From assembly GCA_964276235.1 (NCBI GenBank), contig CAXYEK010000002.1, positions 2,115 through 66,114 on the forward strand: a DNA stretch of 64,000 nt. Reading direction: 5' to 3'. Within the stretch, counting starts at the first letter, position 1. Each line of letters opens with the position of its first letter. This DNA is from an uncultured SAR86 cluster bacterium (GTDB taxonomy: Bacteria > Pseudomonadota > Gammaproteobacteria > Magnimaribacterales > D2472). This document shows, piece after piece, positions 61,210 to 64,000 of this stretch. Under the pieces are notes generated by a model, which searched no databases, had not been told where the DNA came from, and saw only the letters and a list, made by a program, of their open reading frames with translations. The position numbers and the translations under genes were made by a program.

Positions 61210-61691
61210 TGAATAAAGAAAGAATAGTAGGTTTATTTTTTAGTATTACATCATTATTAGTATTGTTATTTTTTGTTTTGACTCCTCAGATAGATTATCA
61301 ACAAGAATTTAAAGTCTTCACTCCTGAAGAGAATACTCAAAATGTAAATCAAGTAGTTGAGTCACTCAAAGATAAACCACTAATTGAAAAAGAACCTGAA
61401 TTGGCTAATGAAAATATTGAATCAAAGTTATCAAATATAAGTGAATCTGATTTTGATCTTTTTGTTATAAGAGTGCACGTATTATCCTCAAAAGAAAATG
61501 CATTAAATATGGTAACTAAAATAAACGAAGGTGGTTTCCCATCTTTTACAGAAACATTTGGGTCTAAAAAAGATCTCCATGCAGTTTATGTAGGACCTTT
61601 TCTTGAAGAAGATGATATTAAAGATAATATTTCTTTGATTCAAAAAGTCTCTGAATCAAAAAACGGAGAGGTATCTAGATGGAAGCTTTAG
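61209..61691 (+). CDS. dedD: SPOR-domain cell-division protein (DedD-like)
   Basis: KERIVG-TM N-terminus, C-terminal SPOR (ENA...VYVGPF); position before cvpA. Confidence 0.75.
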   Translation: MNKERIVGLFFSITSLLVLLFFVLTPQIDYQQEFKVFTPEENTQNVNQVVESLKDKPLIEKEPELANENIESKLSNISESDFDLFVIRVHVLSSKENALNMVTKINEGGFPSFTETFGSKKDLHAVYVGPFLEEDDIKDNISLIQKVSESKNGEVSRWKL

Positions 61692-62263
61692 GTTTAAACA
61701 TTGCTGATTGGTTTATATTAGTAGTGTTAACAGCATCAGGTCTGATATCTCTAGCAAGAGGCTTCACAAAAGAATTCTTATCTTTATTCTTATGGATCGT
61801 TGCTTTTGTTGCTGCAGTCAGTCTTGAATTTCTTGCGACACCAAAAATAAATGAATATGTAGGTAACCCAGAGATTTCCAAAATTCTCTCATACGTAGTC
61901 GTCTTTATGATCTGTATTATTTTAGGCGGCATAGTAATAAAATTTATAGGAACATTAATTAAATGGTCTGGTGCCTCAGGTTTTGATAAATTCTTAGGAG
62001 TTTTATTTGGTTTGGCTAGAGGCTCAATAGTTTTATTTGTAATATTCTTAATTCTTCCAGCCAGTATTAAATCGACAGATTTAATTAACAATTCAAAAAT
62101 AACACCAATAATAGAAAAATATGCACCTCAGATAGAAGCTTATTTAAGAGATTTAATAGATAATACGGATATTGTCGAAGATGCTATGGAAGTAATTGAG
62201 CCAATCAAAGAAAATTTAATCCAAGAATCTGAAGACTTAAATACTATTCAAGAGGAAACCTAA
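61679..62263 (+). CDS. cvpA: CvpA-family membrane protein
   Basis: D..IL......ISLARGFTKE, DKFLGVLFGLARG; directly upstream of purF. Confidence 0.92.
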   Translation: MEALGLNIADWFILVVLTASGLISLARGFTKEFLSLFLWIVAFVAAVSLEFLATPKINEYVGNPEISKILSYVVVFMICIILGGIVIKFIGTLIKWSGASGFDKFLGVLFGLARGSIVLFVIFLILPASIKSTDLINNSKITPIIEKYAPQIEAYLRDLIDNTDIVEDAMEVIEPIKENLIQESEDLNTIQEET

Positions 62264-63750
62264 TGTGTGGAATAGTTGGAATTTCTGCAGAGACTAATGT
62301 TGCTGCAGAAATATATGACTCACTCTTAATGCTTCAACATAGAGGTCAGGATGCTGCTGGCATGGTTGTTTGTGATTCCGAAGACAAACTAAGTAGTAGA
62401 AAATCAATGGGATATGTCAGAGATGTATTCCAACAAAGTCACATGGAAAAACTAATTGGAAATTATGGAATAGGCCATGTGAGATACCCAACAGCTGGGG
62501 GAACCGGAAAAGAATTTGCTCAGCCAATGTATGTTAATTCTCCATACGGTATTAGTCTTGCACATAATGGAAACCTTACTAATTCAAAAGAATTAGCAAA
62601 TGAGTTATTCCATGCAGAGATGAGACACCTTAATACAGATTCTGATTCAGAAGTTCTCCTGAATATATTTGCTCATGAATTAGCCAAACAAAGAGAAATA
62701 TATCCATCAGCTGAACATGTCTTTAAGGCTGTTTCAAAAACTCATAGAAGATGCGACGGAGCATATGCTGTAATTGCTTTAATTACTGGACATGGAATAT
62801 TAGCCTTTAGAGATAATAATGGGATAAGACCTCTCTCAATAGGTATAAGAAAAGGTAAGGAAAGAGATGAGTATATAGTTGCATCAGAGGATGCTTTATT
62901 CACGTCCCAAGGTTTTGATAAGCTTAGGGATGTAGAGCCTGGAGAAGCTATCTTTATTGATAAAAAAGGAAACTTATTCTCTCAACAGTGTGCTGAGAAT
63001 CCTCAGAAAAGACCCTGCATATTCGAATTTGTTTATTTCTCTAGACCTGATTCAAAAATTGATGAAATCTCTGTCTACAAAGCCAGAATGAGAATGGGCT
63101 CCAAATTAGCAAAGTTAATAAAGTCTATCAATCCTGATCATGATATTGATGTTGTCATTCCTATACCTGATAGCTCTTCAACTTCAGCTTTACAATTAGC
63201 TGTTGATTTAGATGTTCCATATAGGGAAGGTTTTGTAAAAAATAGATATATAGGGCGAACATTTATAATGCCTTATCAAGAAGAAAGAAAAAAATCAGTA
63301 AGAAGAAAACTAAATATTCTAGATTTAGAATTTGCTGGCAAAAATGTTCTATTAGTTGATGATTCAATTGTTAGAGGAACGACTAGTAAAAAAATTATTG
63401 AAATGGCGAAAGAGGCTGGTGCTAAAAAAGTTTATTTTGCTTCTGCAGCCCCAGCAATAAAATATCAAAATTTATATGGTATTGATATGCCTGACACAAG
63501 TGAACTGATAGCAGCAAACAGAACCAATGATGAAGTTGCAGAAGAAATAGGTGCAGACTGGTTGGTCTATCAAACCTTAGAGGACTTAATAGATACTGTT
63601 CATGTTGGCAATCCTGATATTAAAGAATTCGAAACCTCTATATTTACAGGAAACTACATTACACCGCTTGGTGAGAACTATCTTAAAGATTTAGAAAATT
63701 CTAGACAGGATGAGGTTAAAGCTCAAAGAGAAAAAGCGGCTAAAGCCTAG
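62263..63750 (+). CDS. purF: Amidophosphoribosyltransferase
   Basis: MCGIVG, LQHRGQDAAG, HVRYPTAG, VDDSIVRGTTS. Confidence 0.97.
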   Translation: MCGIVGISAETNVAAEIYDSLLMLQHRGQDAAGMVVCDSEDKLSSRKSMGYVRDVFQQSHMEKLIGNYGIGHVRYPTAGGTGKEFAQPMYVNSPYGISLAHNGNLTNSKELANELFHAEMRHLNTDSDSEVLLNIFAHELAKQREIYPSAEHVFKAVSKTHRRCDGAYAVIALITGHGILAFRDNNGIRPLSIGIRKGKERDEYIVASEDALFTSQGFDKLRDVEPGEAIFIDKKGNLFSQQCAENPQKRPCIFEFVYFSRPDSKIDEISVYKARMRMGSKLAKLIKSINPDHDIDVVIPIPDSSSTSALQLAVDLDVPYREGFVKNRYIGRTFIMPYQEERKKSVRRKLNILDLEFAGKNVLLVDDSIVRGTTSKKIIEMAKEAGAKKVYFASAAPAIKYQNLYGIDMPDTSELIAANRTNDEVAEEIGADWLVYQTLEDLIDTVHVGNPDIKEFETSIFTGNYITPLGENYLKDLENSRQDEVKAQREKAAKA

Positions 63751-63754
63751 ATAT

Positions 63755-64000
63755 CTAAGAAGGATTTACAATATTTACTGCAGAGATGCTAGCCGAATCT
63801 GCACTTTCCACATAAGTATCAATTTCATTAAAGTTAAGATACTTATATATATCATCTGAAAGGGGATTAATGTCTTCCATATATTTATGATATTCCTCAA
63901 CTGTTGGTAACTTACCTAAAATCGAGGCAATTGCAGACAATTCAGCAGAAGCTAAAAACACATTAGCACCGTCACCTAATCTGTTAGGAAAGTTTCTTGT
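63755..64000 (-). CDS. acnB: Aconitate hydratase B, C-terminal part (gene begins beyond the window)
   Basis: Frame open to 64000: TRNFPNRLGDGANVFLASAEL...LGKLPTVEEY...IYKYLNF. Confidence 0.9.
   Translation of the reverse strand, partial: TRNFPNRLGDGANVFLASAELSAIASILGKLPTVEEYHKYMEDINPLSDDIYKYLNFNEIDTYVESADSASISAVNIVNPS

Noticed and set aside
63748-63757. Palindrome TAGATATCTA between purF and acnB
   Set aside because: It is just two convergent TAG stops separated by ATAT.
1-64000. CRISPR array, tRNA/rRNA, IS or prophage genes, defence systems
   Set aside because: I saw no repeat-spacer array, cloverleaf, transposase, integrase or phage ORF, and nearly all sequence is explained by recognisable CDSs.

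Overview
Gene-dense, AT-rich (about one-third GC by eye) chromosomal segment of a streamlined marine gammaproteobacterium. A SAR86-like identity is my inference from gene content, tiny or overlapping intergenic spacers and Pseudomonas-like synteny. The left ~37 kb is mostly lipid/acyl-CoA catabolism and accessory genes: enoyl-CoA hydratases, a FATP-type acyl-CoA synthetase, an Atu-like carboxylase/AtuA/TetR operon, two heteromeric acyl-CoA dehydrogenase pairs, a GcvT/DmdA-like demethylase, GST and a periplasmic MsrA-thioredoxin-MsrB fusion. The right ~27 kb is core housekeeping: nadK, glpG, pyrD, topA, lexA, thrH, queH, prpBCD, aroC, leuCDB, asd, fimV-like, truA, trpFBA, accD, dedD, cvpA, purF and the 3' end of acnB. 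I saw no rRNA, tRNA, CRISPR array, transposase or integrase. Best candidate for an undescribed system: a three-gene operon (SAM-methyltransferase-fold protein, minimal APS-kinase-like P-loop protein, minimal HxGH nucleotidyltransferase) head-to-head with the DmdA-like gene. Other notable points are two genes split by a single extra base in similar sequence contexts, a LexA box flanked by back-to-back TATAAT boxes, an operator-like palindrome upstream of the atu-like operon, leaderless-type promoters, an att-like relic near 0.9-1.07 kb, and the absence of folC, pabB, cysH/cysB and sulA from their usual loci. All product calls come from motif recognition only; no database search was run.
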